DNA of 53,870 bases from a virus (IMGVR_UViG_3300043119_000046:1-53870), one strand, 5' to 3'. Positions 1-9,496 are shown, counted from the first letter of the stretch. The notes: a model not told the origin generated them from the sequence alone. Numbers and translations: made by a program.

Positions 1-127
1 CGTTCGGGTTCTTATTTTAATCTTACTGCTCTTACTACCACGCCAGATGCGGGGGTGACAGCAACCATTACTGACATTGGTGGGGGAAAGCGTAGATGCT
101 CTATAAGCCAGACAGTCGGTTCTACAG
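1..127. repeat. 127-bp terminal overlap identical to 53744-53870 (assembly circularisation overlap)
   Basis: CGTTCGGGTT...GGTTCTACAG occurs at both ends, and one ORF reads in frame across the join. Confidence 0.95.
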
Positions 128-918
128 CCACACGCTTTCCTGCAATTTTTACAGCTGCTGCTGGGAGCATAACCACGGTAGGGACGGGCGTTGAAGGTAT
201 CATTGTTCACAACTCTCAACTAGAGTTAGGCTCCACCGCCACAGCCTACCAGAAAGTCACCACGCAATACGATGTGACCGAAGCTGGGGTGCAGTCCCTG
301 TCTTACCTATCCTTCGACGGTGCTGCTACCTTCATGGTCACAAATACGATCACGCCAGCTATCGACAAGGCTCAGATTTTTGCTGGGGTGCAGAAGCTGA
401 GTGATGCTGGCCAAAGAGTTGTTGCTGAGATGTCTGCGACTATTGCATCAAACGCAGGCGCTTTTGCTCTTACTGCTCCAAATAGTGCCGCCGCAAACTA
501 CAACTTCAGTAGTAAAGGCACAATACAGACAGATAATGTGGTCACAACTTACACAGCCCCAATAACGAGTGTTTTAAGTGGTCTTGGGGACATTGCTGGG
601 GCATCAAACTTAATCCGTGTAAATGGTACACAGATTGGCTCAACGCTTACTACACAAGGCACAGGCAATTACCTAGCCTACCCACTCTATATCGGCAGAC
701 GCGCAGGAACTACGCTGCCATTACACGGCCAGATTTATTCTCTGATCGTCCGCTTTGGGGCTAACCTGACCACTGATACGATCACATCGACTGAGACTTA
801 CGTTGGCGACAAGACGGGGATCAACATCCTTAACAACATCTCCCCTACGATATTCGCTAGAGACAACACTGCGGTGCTTGACCGCTTCAACGCAATAATT
901 GAACGGAGGGCCGTGTAA
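1..918 (+). CDS. C-terminal part of head-spike/fibre protein; ORF begins at 53222 and wraps the circle (~479 aa)
   Basis: In frame with 53222-53743. Beta-rich LamG-like C-terminus (YLSFDG..., PLYIGRRAG...GQIYSLIVRFG). Confidence 0.7.
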   Translation, partial: RSGSYFNLTALTTTPDAGVTATITDIGGGKRRCSISQTVGSTATRFPAIFTAAAGSITTVGTGVEGIIVHNSQLELGSTATAYQKVTTQYDVTEAGVQSLSYLSFDGAATFMVTNTITPAIDKAQIFAGVQKLSDAGQRVVAEMSATIASNAGAFALTAPNSAAANYNFSSKGTIQTDNVVTTYTAPITSVLSGLGDIAGASNLIRVNGTQIGSTLTTQGTGNYLAYPLYIGRRAGTTLPLHGQIYSLIVRFGANLTTDTITSTETYVGDKTGINILNNISPTIFARDNTAVLDRFNAIIERRAV

Positions 919-1550
919 TGGCTTACATATACGACATCGCTGACACATGGAATGCCTCTGGCACTACCTTCACTGCCATCAAGATGAACGTGACTGATAC
1001 AGCTTCTGCTGCTGGCTCCCTGCTGATGGACTTGCAGGTTGGTGGGGCGAGTAAGTTTAGTGTGAGAAAAGACGGAGTTTTGCTAGTAAATAACTCAGGT
1101 ATAGGTAGCGGCATATCTGCAAACGGTAACACAGGTAGCGAATTCAACATTTCTACAACATCTGGTAGGCTGCGAATTCAAGGAGACCTTGTTTCTGCAT
1201 ACTCAGGGGTTTTTCAGTTACAAAGCACGGCTGTTTTGGGGTGGGACGGGTCTGGCGACAATAGACTCGGCTCTTCAGACCTTATTCTCCGCCGAGACGC
1301 AGCCAACACCCTCGCCCAACGTAATGGTGTGAATGCGCAGACCCAACGCCTCTATGGCACATACACTGACGCCTCAAACTACCGCCGTCTGACCAGGACC
1401 ATGAGCACTGGCGGTGTGGCTGAGATTAAGCCTGAAGGCGCAGGCACTGGGGCATCTGGTAACGTGTTGCATATCTCTGGACTGCCGACATCAAATCCTG
1501 GCGCTGGCATTTTGTGGAATAACCTTGGCACTGTTGTAGTAGGAACGTAA
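918..1550 (+). CDS. putative fibre/structural protein
   Basis: 210 aa, G/S/T-rich, ends LPTSNPGAGILWNN as in fibre C-terminal modules. Start overlaps the upstream stop (TAATG). Confidence 0.55.
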   Translation: MAYIYDIADTWNASGTTFTAIKMNVTDTASAAGSLLMDLQVGGASKFSVRKDGVLLVNNSGIGSGISANGNTGSEFNISTTSGRLRIQGDLVSAYSGVFQLQSTAVLGWDGSGDNRLGSSDLILRRDAANTLAQRNGVNAQTQRLYGTYTDASNYRRLTRTMSTGGVAEIKPEGAGTGASGNVLHISGLPTSNPGAGILWNNLGTVVVGT

Positions 1551-1551
1551 C

Positions 1552-1710
1552 ATGATTAAACTTGAACTCACTGAGCATGAAATCCAAGCCCTCGCGGGGT
1601 TACTGGATGCTGGCGTAAAGGCACTAGGTCTTCGCGCAGTAAAAGATGCCGCAACGCTTCTGGATAAACTAGAGGCAGCAACTCAATCACAGGAGCCTGC
1701 AAATGACTGA
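1552..1710 (+). CDS. small hypothetical protein (52 aa, MIKLELTEHEIQAL...)
   Basis: Translated by hand; fills the gap between neighbours; AGGA upstream. Confidence 0.6.
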   Translation: MIKLELTEHEIQALAGLLDAGVKALGLRAVKDAATLLDKLEAATQSQEPAND

Positions 1711-1903
1711 TTACACTGTTACCATCGTTGCTGACTACGTGCAGCCCACCACTGAGATTGCCACTGACGATGACTATGTGGACATGGTTATGAACATGGC
1801 AGCTTTGTCTTACATGGCTCAGTATGGTGTCGCTACCCCAGAGGAAGGTATCTCTGCTGCTCGTGCTGCATTTAACTCTGGCATCCCTCCAGTAACTGAG
1901 TAA
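1703..1903 (+). CDS. hypothetical protein
   Basis: AGGAG RBS, operon packing. Confidence 0.65.
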   Translation: MTDYTVTIVADYVQPTTEIATDDDYVDMVMNMAALSYMAQYGVATPEEGISAARAAFNSGIPPVTE

Positions 1904-1906
1904 GCT

Positions 1907-2287
1907 ATGAGGATTACAGCAGCAGCACCTGAAGCCCTGACCTACGAGTGCAATCAGTTGGCGATGTGCCTTGCCTACAGCATAGCTGACGGGGAAACCT
2001 ATGTCGGCCTCAACTGGCAGGACAGCAACGGGAACCTATACTCAGCAGCATCATGGGAAGCCTCAGAGGCATGGGTAGGGGGCGCGACACAGCCTCTTGT
2101 CAGACCCGCATGGGATGTTGACGAGGTTATCGACATGGATGCAGCAGCAACCGCTCAGGCTGCTCTGGTGTTCTCGTTGGAGACTGTAGCAGCAATGCCT
2201 GACAAGCTGACAGCCTTGGGTGGACCTGATGCAGTAGTAGCTCTAGCCGCAATGGGCCTAACCCCGAAGGAGTCTCTGAATGGCTAA
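1907..2287 (+). CDS. hypothetical protein (fibre-associated)
   Basis: 126-aa ORF, operon packing. Confidence 0.65.
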   Translation: MRITAAAPEALTYECNQLAMCLAYSIADGETYVGLNWQDSNGNLYSAASWEASEAWVGGATQPLVRPAWDVDEVIDMDAAATAQAALVFSLETVAAMPDKLTALGGPDAVVALAAMGLTPKESLNG

Positions 2288-2462
2288 GCCAACTACAAAA
2301 GCACAGGCCAAGATCGCTAAGGTTATGGCTGAGTTCAAGGACAAGAAGTTACACTCTGGCATTGACCCTAAGGGGCCAAAGAAAGCACGAGTTGTGAAGA
2401 GTCGTCAACAAGCAATCGCTATCGCATTAAGCGAAGCAGGCAAACTCAAAGGGAAGAAATAG
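2280..2462 (+). CDS. small basic phage protein (KVMxEFK...SRQQAIAIALSEAG family)
   Basis: Recurring phage motif, AAGGAG RBS. Confidence 0.7.
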   Translation: MAKPTTKAQAKIAKVMAEFKDKKLHSGIDPKGPKKARVVKSRQQAIAIALSEAGKLKGKK

Positions 2463-2464
2463 AC

Positions 2465-2605
2465 ATGATGTATGGTAAAGACAAAGCTATGGGTATGGCT
2501 AAAGGCGGAATGTCGGCTAAGGCTAAGCCTATGGCTAAGGGCGGTATGGTTAAGCCTGCTGCTAAGATGGCCAAGGGTGGCATGGTTAAGAAGGGAAAGA
2601 AATAA
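2465..2605 (+). CDS. 46-aa basic peptide with three MAKGGM repeats
   Basis: Hand translation MMYGKDKAMGMAKGGMSAKAKPMAKGGMVKPAAKMAKGGMVKKGKK; fits exactly between neighbours. Confidence 0.7.
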   Translation: MMYGKDKAMGMAKGGMSAKAKPMAKGGMVKPAAKMAKGGMVKKGKK

Positions 2606-2607
2606 TT

Positions 2608-3174
2608 ATGGCTACCTTCAAGGAAACATTCGCTGCAAAGCGTAAAGAGTTGGGTGCAGGTAAAACCTTTACTTGGAACGGTAAGTCCTACACTACGGAC
2701 TATGCTACGGATAAAAAGTCTGCTCCAACTGCAAGTGACAAACCCAAGGCTAAGCCCGCTGGTTTGAACCCACAGTCTGGTGCTGCTCAGTCAGGTACTG
2801 CAGGTAAGGTAAAACCTTTTACTAAACCCTCTGGCTTTAAGGGTAAGTTTAATGACCCTAAGAGTGGGTACACTTATCAGAACCTGCCCGGAAAAGGCAG
2901 AGATACTCCAAAGGTTGCTCCAGCTACCTCTGGCGCTTCACGTAGCACTGCTGGTAAGGTTGCACCTAAGATGAGCATGATGGATAAAGCCAAGGCTGAT
3001 GCTACTGCTGCTCGTGATAAAGCCAAAGCATCTAACAAACCTAAGACACCTGCTACCCCAGCTAAGTCTGATGCTGCATACACCTCTAAGATTGGCCCAA
3101 AGAGAGAAACTACCTTTGAGCGCATGAAGCGGGCCTTGACTACCAAGGGTGGATTCTCGAAGTTCAAAGGTTAA
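2608..3174 (+). CDS. Lys/Ala-rich basic protein, possibly DNA-binding or internal head protein
   Basis: N-terminal FKETFAAKRK...TFTWNGKSYTT motif followed by a low-complexity K/A/P tail. Confidence 0.65.
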   Translation: MATFKETFAAKRKELGAGKTFTWNGKSYTTDYATDKKSAPTASDKPKAKPAGLNPQSGAAQSGTAGKVKPFTKPSGFKGKFNDPKSGYTYQNLPGKGRDTPKVAPATSGASRSTAGKVAPKMSMMDKAKADATAARDKAKASNKPKTPATPAKSDAAYTSKIGPKRETTFERMKRALTTKGGFSKFKG

Positions 3175-3177
3175 GTA

Positions 3178-3543
3178 ATGGCCCTAGTATCTTCTGGTAA
3201 AGCTGCAAGAACTCGCAGTACATATGTAAGCTGCACGGTTAAGGATCAGGTGTACACTCTATACACTTGCCCAGCTAACTGTGTGGCTGAAATGTCCATG
3301 CTGCTTCTTGCTGGTGTGGTTGGTTCTCCTGACGTAGACGTACTATGGAACACTTCTATGGATGATGGTCATTGTCATATCTTTGGTGACAAGAACATTG
3401 GTGTAGGTCAGTATGTCCTTCTGACGGGAGCTACCTTAGTGCTTGCAGCAGGGGATACTCTTACGGTTAAGGCTAAGGTTCAGAACAATCCCCATCTGGA
3501 TGCTTCTTGTACCGTGACCGAAACATTTATTCCGATTGGATAA
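3178..3543 (+). CDS. hypothetical protein, probably virion-associated
   Basis: 121 aa, beta-rich, LYTCPAN motif. Confidence 0.6.
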   Translation: MALVSSGKAARTRSTYVSCTVKDQVYTLYTCPANCVAEMSMLLLAGVVGSPDVDVLWNTSMDDGHCHIFGDKNIGVGQYVLLTGATLVLAAGDTLTVKAKVQNNPHLDASCTVTETFIPIG

Positions 3544-3547
3544 GAAG

Positions 3548-3910
3548 ATGGCTAGGGAACTTACAGATAATCAACAGCGTTTTCTCTCCGTGCTTTTTGA
3601 TGAGGCACGGGGGGATTTTGTTCAAGCTAAGAAGCTGGCTGGCTACAGCGACAACTACTCGACCAAAGAGATTGTGAATAGTCTTGAGGATGAGATCGCT
3701 GACCTTACCAAGAAGTTTATTGCTCATGTGGGTGTCAAGGCTGCATTCAGTATGTTCGAGATTATGCAAGACCCCACTGCTCTTGGTAACAAAGAGAAGA
3801 TGACTGCAGCCAAGGATATCCTAGACCGTGGTGGCTTCAAGGCCAAGGATGAGATCAAGGTTGAGACTGATACACCATTGTTTATCCTGCCCGCTAAAAG
3901 CAGTGATTGA
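3548..3910 (+). CDS. putative terminase small subunit
   Basis: MARELTDNQQRFL...AKKLAGYS HTH-like N-terminus, AAKDILDRGG motif, lies upstream of terL. Confidence 0.6.
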   Translation: MARELTDNQQRFLSVLFDEARGDFVQAKKLAGYSDNYSTKEIVNSLEDEIADLTKKFIAHVGVKAAFSMFEIMQDPTALGNKEKMTAAKDILDRGGFKAKDEIKVETDTPLFILPAKSSD

Positions 3911-3935
3911 CAAACATAATAATATCTAGTATAAG
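3907..3935 (+). promoter_or_regulatory. sigma70-type promoter, probably giving a leaderless mRNA
   Basis: TTGACA-17-TATAAG; ATG 3942 follows after 6 nt with no SD. Confidence 0.7.
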
Positions 3936-3941
3936 TCACAC

Positions 3942-4382
3942 ATGGCAAAGATCAAAAGAGAATGGAAGCTACCTAAGCCCACAGATCATGGTGACCACTT
4001 CGAGTGGAAGCCAGTTGTTCGCATAGGTAGACAAGTACCCTTTGGGTATGTAGAAGATACTGAAGATAAGGATGTGCTGCTTCCTGTAGTCAAGGAACTG
4101 GAACTCCTAGAGCAAGCAAAGAAACACCTTAAGCGTTACTCCTATCGTGCAGTAGCAGCTTGGCTTAGTGAGCAGAGTGGCAGAGTTATCTCTCACGTTG
4201 GTCTGTATAAGAGGATTAAACTTGAGTACAAGCGTAAGACAGAAGCTGCAACACACAGATACTTCGCCCAAAGGTATCAAGAAGCCATTGCGAAAGCCGA
4301 AAAGCTCGAAGCCAGAGTTGGAGGAGCAGCCACAAGAGATCAAGCTGACAGTTCCAGCCCAACCGAAGCCAGCACCGATTGA
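3942..4382 (+). CDS. conserved phage protein with recombinase-like HTH
   Basis: VPFGY...YSYRAVAAWLSEQSGRVISHVGL motif. Confidence 0.65.
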   Translation: MAKIKREWKLPKPTDHGDHFEWKPVVRIGRQVPFGYVEDTEDKDVLLPVVKELELLEQAKKHLKRYSYRAVAAWLSEQSGRVISHVGLYKRIKLEYKRKTEAATHRYFAQRYQEAIAKAEKLEARVGGAATRDQADSSSPTEASTD

Positions 4383-5784
4383 CGTAAAGAAAGCCAGAGA
4401 GGTTATCTTTAAGCCTAACGATGGGCCACAGACAGCCTTTCTTTCTGCTGATGAACAAGAAGTTCTCTATGGTGGTGCTGCTGGTGGCGGTAAGTCCTAC
4501 GCAATGTTGGCAGACCCAGTACGCTACCTGAACAACGAACATGCTAAGATGCTCTTGGTACGTAAGTCTACGGAAGAACTTCGAGAACTTATCTCAGTTT
4601 CCAAAGTGTTGTATCCCAAGGCTATTCCCGGAATTAAGTTTCTAGAACGAGAGAAGACTTGGGTAGCCCCCTCAGGTGCAACACTCTGGATGAGCTACCT
4701 TGATGCAGATGATGACGTTACTCGTTACCAAGGTCAAGCATATAATTGGATTGGCTTCGACGAACTGACCCAGTGGGCTAGTCCCTTTGCTTGGAACTAT
4801 ATGCGTTCTCGTCTGCGTACTACCAAAGCGAGTGGCTTAAAGCTATACCAAAGAGCTACCACTAACCCCGGTGGTGCTGGACATAGCTGGGTGAAGAAAG
4901 CCTTCATTGACCCTGCAAAACCCAACAAGGCATTCTGGGCGATTGACCCAGATACAGGTGAAACACTAACGTGGCCTCATGGTCATGTCCGTGCTGGTGA
5001 GCCACTGTTCCAACGTAGGTTTATTCCTGCAACTCTTTATGATAACCCATACCTTGCTGAAGATGGGATGTATGAAGCTAACCTTATGTCCCTGCCTGAG
5101 TACCAGCGTAAGCAACTACTCGAAGGTAACTGGGATGTAGCAGAGGGTGCAGCCTTCGCAGAGTTCAACCGCAGACTACACACCATTGAGCCATTTGATA
5201 TCCCTAGTAACTGGCCCAGATTCCGTGCAGCAGACTATGGTTACAGTTCCTACAGTGGTATCTTGTGGTTTGCCATTGCACCTAGCGGACAGTTGGTAGT
5301 CTACAGAGAACTCTACGTGTCTAAGGTTCTTGCAGAAGACCTAGCTGACCAGATACTGGGACTAGAGTATGGAGAGAGGATACGTTATGGAGTGCTTGAC
5401 TCTTCCCTCTGGCACAAGCGTGGTGATACTGGTCCAAGCATTGCAGAACGTATGATCCTCAAGGGGTGTCGTTGGCGTCCAGCAGATAGAAGCAAGGGGT
5501 CACGTATTGCTGGTAAGAACGAGATACACAGGCTGTTACAAGTTGATGACTACACTGGTGAACCCCGTATGGTATTCTTCAACACATGCAGAAACCTGAT
5601 CTCTCAGCTACCCTCTATCCCACTCAGCAAGTCAAACTCTGAGGATGTCGATACGCACTCTGAGGACCACCTGTATGACGCCCTACGGTACGGTGTCCAG
5701 ACTCGCCCAAGCACTGGTATGTTTGACTCTGACAACAACACAAACAATGGTCATCAAATTTCTGACCCACTCTTTGGTTACTGA
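4288..5784 (+). CDS. terL: terminase large subunit (start codon uncertain)
   Basis: Walker A GGAAGGGKS, Walker B IGFDE, ATTNPGG, RNase H-like DYG and DHLYDALRY. Confidence 0.93.
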   Translation: MRKPKSSKPELEEQPQEIKLTVPAQPKPAPIDVKKAREVIFKPNDGPQTAFLSADEQEVLYGGAAGGGKSYAMLADPVRYLNNEHAKMLLVRKSTEELRELISVSKVLYPKAIPGIKFLEREKTWVAPSGATLWMSYLDADDDVTRYQGQAYNWIGFDELTQWASPFAWNYMRSRLRTTKASGLKLYQRATTNPGGAGHSWVKKAFIDPAKPNKAFWAIDPDTGETLTWPHGHVRAGEPLFQRRFIPATLYDNPYLAEDGMYEANLMSLPEYQRKQLLEGNWDVAEGAAFAEFNRRLHTIEPFDIPSNWPRFRAADYGYSSYSGILWFAIAPSGQLVVYRELYVSKVLAEDLADQILGLEYGERIRYGVLDSSLWHKRGDTGPSIAERMILKGCRWRPADRSKGSRIAGKNEIHRLLQVDDYTGEPRMVFFNTCRNLISQLPSIPLSKSNSEDVDTHSEDHLYDALRYGVQTRPSTGMFDSDNNTNNGHQISDPLFGY

Positions 5785-5796
5785 CCTATATAGGAT

Positions 5797-7869
5797 ATGA
5801 AGATGAAAGAAGATACACTCTCTACCGATAGCACAAAGATGCTGGCTGTTGAAGACACCTCTGGTGATACTCCTACAGATAAGGCTGCGGGTAATATCGT
5901 ATCCTATGTCACGGAGCGTTTTAATAAAGCTGATACCGCACGACAGACAGAAGAGAATCGTTGGATCACTGCTTATCGAAATTATCGTGGCCTGTACAGC
6001 CCAGAGGTACAGTTTACCAACACTGAGAAGTCACGAGTATTCGTTAAGGTTACAAAGACTAAGGTTCTTGCTGCCTATGGTCAGATGTCAGAAGTACTCT
6101 TTGGTAATGGTAAGTTTCCTATTGTTATTGACCCAACTACTTTGCCTGAGGGTGTGGTTGAGTCAGTTCATATTGAAACCAATGATGATGTTAAGAAGGC
6201 TGAGAAGGCTGCTGGCATTGAGCCACTACTTCCCGGAGAAACCATGCAAGACTACCGTGAGCGTCTGGGTAGCCTGAAGAAAGACCTTGAGCCGATTGAG
6301 GATATTCGTCCCGGCCCCGGAATGACCCCCACACAGATCACCTTTGAACCTGCTATGATTGCAGCTAAGAAGATGGAAAAGAAAATCCACGATCAGTTGG
6401 AGGAATCCTCTGCGAATAAGCATCTGCGTTCTACTGCACTAGAGTGCGCTTTGTTTGGCACAGGTATTATGAAGGGTCCATTTGCTGTTGACAAGGAATA
6501 CCCCAAGTGGGATGATCAGGGTACTTACTCCCCTATCATTAAGACTGTCCCAATGGTGTCTAATGTGTCCGTGTGGAACTTCTACCCAGACCCAGATGCA
6601 CACAGCATGGAAGAAGCTGAGTATGTCATTGAGCGTCACAAGATGTCCTACAGCGAAGTCCGCAAGCTGGCTACTCGTCCCTTCTTCCGTGACAATGAGA
6701 TTAAGATTGCCCTTAAGAGTGGCCCTAACTACACCAAAGAGTGGTGGGAGCAGGCTATGGAAGACGACACACAGCAGATCAACACGGAACGCTTTGAAGT
6801 CCTAGAGTTCTGGGGCAACATTGAGAGAACCACGCTGGAAGCTCACGAGGTTGACATCCCTATAGAGCTTAAGGGTAAAGAAAACATTGCGGTAAACATC
6901 TGGCTGTGCAACGGGCGTATCCTACGCTTGGTCCTTAATCCATTTACCCCAACACTAATCCCATTCTATGTAGTTCCCTATGAAGTGAACCCATACTCCA
7001 TGTGGGGCATCGGTATTGCTGAGAACATGGACGACACGCAGACCCTGATGAACGGCTTCATGCGTATGGCTGTGGATAATGCTGCACTCAGCGGTAACTT
7101 GCTGATTGAGATTGATGAGACTAACCTAGTTCCCGGACAAGACCTTGCAGTATACCCCGGAAAAGTCTTTCGTCGTCAAGGTGGAGCGCCCGGACAGGCT
7201 ATCTTTGGCACAAAGTTCCCTAACGTGTCCAACGAGAATATGCAAATGTTTGACAAGGCTCGTGTCCTTGCAGATGAGTCTACTGGTTTCCCATCGTTTG
7301 CTTATGGTCAGACTGGTATCTCTGGTGTAGGTCGTACTGCTTCTGGTATCTCTATGCTTATGTCTGCAGCTAACGGTTCGATCCGTACTGTGGTCAAGAA
7401 CATTGACGACTACCTTCTGGCTCCACTGGGCAAGGCTTTGTTCAGCTTCAACATGCAGTTTGACTTTGATCCTGAGATTAAAGGTGACCTAGAAGTTAAG
7501 GCTGCTGGTACTGAGTCACTGATGGCTAATGAAGTACGTTCGCAGCGCCTGATGCAGTTCCTTGGTGTGGTTCAGAACCCAATCCTTGCACCTTTCGCTC
7601 GTCTGGACTACATTGTTCGTGAGATTGCCAAGTCAATGGAGCTTGACCCAGACAAGGTTGCTAACTCAATGCAACGTGCAGCCATTCAGGCTGAAATCCT
7701 CAAGACGTTCCAAGCAGCACAGCCTCAGCAACCACAAGCCCCACAGGCTCCAGCAGGAGTGCAGGCACAGGACACCACTGGCTCTGGTGGCGGTAACATT
7801 GGGACTGGCTCTGTGCCACTGCCTAATGAGCAGGGGTTTAGTGCCAACACTGGTGGAGGTATGCAGTGA
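5797..7869 (+). CDS. portal protein
   Basis: 690 aa directly after terL; FGTGIMKGP, WNFYPDP and GRTASGISML motifs of podovirus portals. Confidence 0.88.
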   Translation: MKMKEDTLSTDSTKMLAVEDTSGDTPTDKAAGNIVSYVTERFNKADTARQTEENRWITAYRNYRGLYSPEVQFTNTEKSRVFVKVTKTKVLAAYGQMSEVLFGNGKFPIVIDPTTLPEGVVESVHIETNDDVKKAEKAAGIEPLLPGETMQDYRERLGSLKKDLEPIEDIRPGPGMTPTQITFEPAMIAAKKMEKKIHDQLEESSANKHLRSTALECALFGTGIMKGPFAVDKEYPKWDDQGTYSPIIKTVPMVSNVSVWNFYPDPDAHSMEEAEYVIERHKMSYSEVRKLATRPFFRDNEIKIALKSGPNYTKEWWEQAMEDDTQQINTERFEVLEFWGNIERTTLEAHEVDIPIELKGKENIAVNIWLCNGRILRLVLNPFTPTLIPFYVVPYEVNPYSMWGIGIAENMDDTQTLMNGFMRMAVDNAALSGNLLIEIDETNLVPGQDLAVYPGKVFRRQGGAPGQAIFGTKFPNVSNENMQMFDKARVLADESTGFPSFAYGQTGISGVGRTASGISMLMSAANGSIRTVVKNIDDYLLAPLGKALFSFNMQFDFDPEIKGDLEVKAAGTESLMANEVRSQRLMQFLGVVQNPILAPFARLDYIVREIAKSMELDPDKVANSMQRAAIQAEILKTFQAAQPQQPQAPQAPAGVQAQDTTGSGGGNIGTGSVPLPNEQGFSANTGGGMQ

Positions 7870-8060
7870 GTCTCAAGCTCCTTGTAAATGATCCAAAGCT
7901 GTGGCCTGAGTTCCTTACAGAACTTGACACAATGATTCAACTGTGCTATAAAACTCTAGAGCAGGTTAAAGACCCTGTTGAAATCTATCGCGCTCAGGGT
8001 GAGTTACTAGCACTACGCAAATTACAAAAACTTCGTGATAAAGTTAACGCAGGAGAATGA
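7866..8060 (+). CDS. small conserved protein downstream of portal
   Basis: IYRAQGE..ALRKL..LRDKVN motif; GTGA overlap. Confidence 0.7.
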   Translation: MSLKLLVNDPKLWPEFLTELDTMIQLCYKTLEQVKDPVEIYRAQGELLALRKLQKLRDKVNAGE

Positions 8061-8061
8061 T

Positions 8062-9456
8062 GTGGACGAGCTAATGCAAGAAGGTGGGATGGCTGATGAT
8101 GGCATGTCTCAAGAACCTGTCACAGGTAACGATATCCCGCCCGGAGCTTTGGCTTCTGAGGTTCGTGATGATGTAGACGCCAAGCTGTCTGACGGCGAGT
8201 ATGTCGTTTCAGCAGACGTAGTGCGATACTTTGGTGTCAGCTTCTTTGAGGGTCTTCGGAATAAAGCCAAAGAGGGTCTTGCTGAGATGGAAGCCAATGG
8301 TCGCATTGGTGGCACACCCGTAGACGCACAGGGTGTACCCCTAGAAGACAGCATGGATGATCTTAGCCCCGAAGAGGAGCAGATGCTTCAACAGGCTCTA
8401 GGGTCCACTGGGATGGCTGAGGGTGGCGATGTGGTAGGCTTTGACCGCACACAGTTTAACCTGACCCCTTCTGCTCCAAGTAGCTTGACTACAAGCTCTA
8501 ACATTGAGACACGCCAATACTTCAACCCTTCTACTGGTGAAAAGCAGTCTATTCAGTTCAGGGATGGCATAGCTATTAGTGCTATCCCTGCAGGGTTTGT
8601 TCCTTGGTCACAGACCTTGGAGGACACCTACAAATCAACTAAACCTCGGAAGTCCTCTGGTAGTTCTTCTTCAGATATAACACCAACTACTTCTACTGGT
8701 GAAGGTTCTGGCCTCTTTAACTACACAAAATGGGCAGACAAAAACTATGATGCTATCAATGGTAATCCCTACGAGTTCGGGATGAAAGCACTTGACGACA
8801 CATCAGGTAATCTTGGTGCTAAGGGCTTGAGTATCCTTGGCCTAGCTTCTGGTATCTTCCCCCTAGCTGCTGCAGGCGGTGTTCTCTCTGCTTCCAACAA
8901 ACTGCAAAATATTGCAGAGGCTAATGCTGCTCTTAAGATTATGGAGTCAAGGGGTCTGGTTGAGAGTCCTGAGTATAAATCTTTGGCCACTAAAATCAAT
9001 GCTTACGTAGAGGACTTGCCCGCCCTTCAACAGGGTCTTGTGGCAAATAAAGTTGCAGCTACAGCCAATCAATATACTAAAGCCTTGGAAGCAAAAGCTG
9101 GGACTGCCCCTGTTTCCGCCACAGCTACTCCATCAGCTAACCCTACCTCAGCTACCCCTGCTCCAGCAAAGGCTCCCACAACAGCTAAGACAGCAACTCG
9201 TGTAGCTGTACCCAACGCCACTCCAACAAGCCTTGCTCCAGCTACAAGCCCTAAGCCAGTAGCTCGTCCTGCCTCGGTTACAACTACAGCTAAGCCTGTG
9301 GTCAATACTGTCAGACCTGATCTTCCCACCAAAACTGTAGCTAAACCTGTAGCTAAAGTATCTCAAGCCGCACGAGCAGGGTTTGAGGATGGTGGACTTG
9401 TAACTAAACCAAAGAAGACTACCCCCAAGTCAAAAGGTCTTGGCGGAAAACAATAA
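8062..9456 (+). CDS. putative internal virion/head protein (start GTG 8062 or ATG 8074)
   Basis: DDVDAKLSDGEYVVSADVV motif, P/T/A-rich tail, GGAG at 8052. Confidence 0.6.
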   Translation: MDELMQEGGMADDGMSQEPVTGNDIPPGALASEVRDDVDAKLSDGEYVVSADVVRYFGVSFFEGLRNKAKEGLAEMEANGRIGGTPVDAQGVPLEDSMDDLSPEEEQMLQQALGSTGMAEGGDVVGFDRTQFNLTPSAPSSLTTSSNIETRQYFNPSTGEKQSIQFRDGIAISAIPAGFVPWSQTLEDTYKSTKPRKSSGSSSSDITPTTSTGEGSGLFNYTKWADKNYDAINGNPYEFGMKALDDTSGNLGAKGLSILGLASGIFPLAAAGGVLSASNKLQNIAEANAALKIMESRGLVESPEYKSLATKINAYVEDLPALQQGLVANKVAATANQYTKALEAKAGTAPVSATATPSANPTSATPAPAKAPTTAKTATRVAVPNATPTSLAPATSPKPVARPASVTTTAKPVVNTVRPDLPTKTVAKPVAKVSQAARAGFEDGGLVTKPKKTTPKSKGLGGKQ

Positions 9457-9480
9457 GGCAACTCAGCTTTGGCTGACCCC
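9457..9480 (+). promoter_or_regulatory. RNA hairpin with asymmetric internal loop just upstream of the scaffold RBS
   Basis: GG-CAAC-TCAGC-TTTG-GCTGA-CC-CC. Confidence 0.55.
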
Positions 9481-9496
9481 ACTATAAGGATAACAC

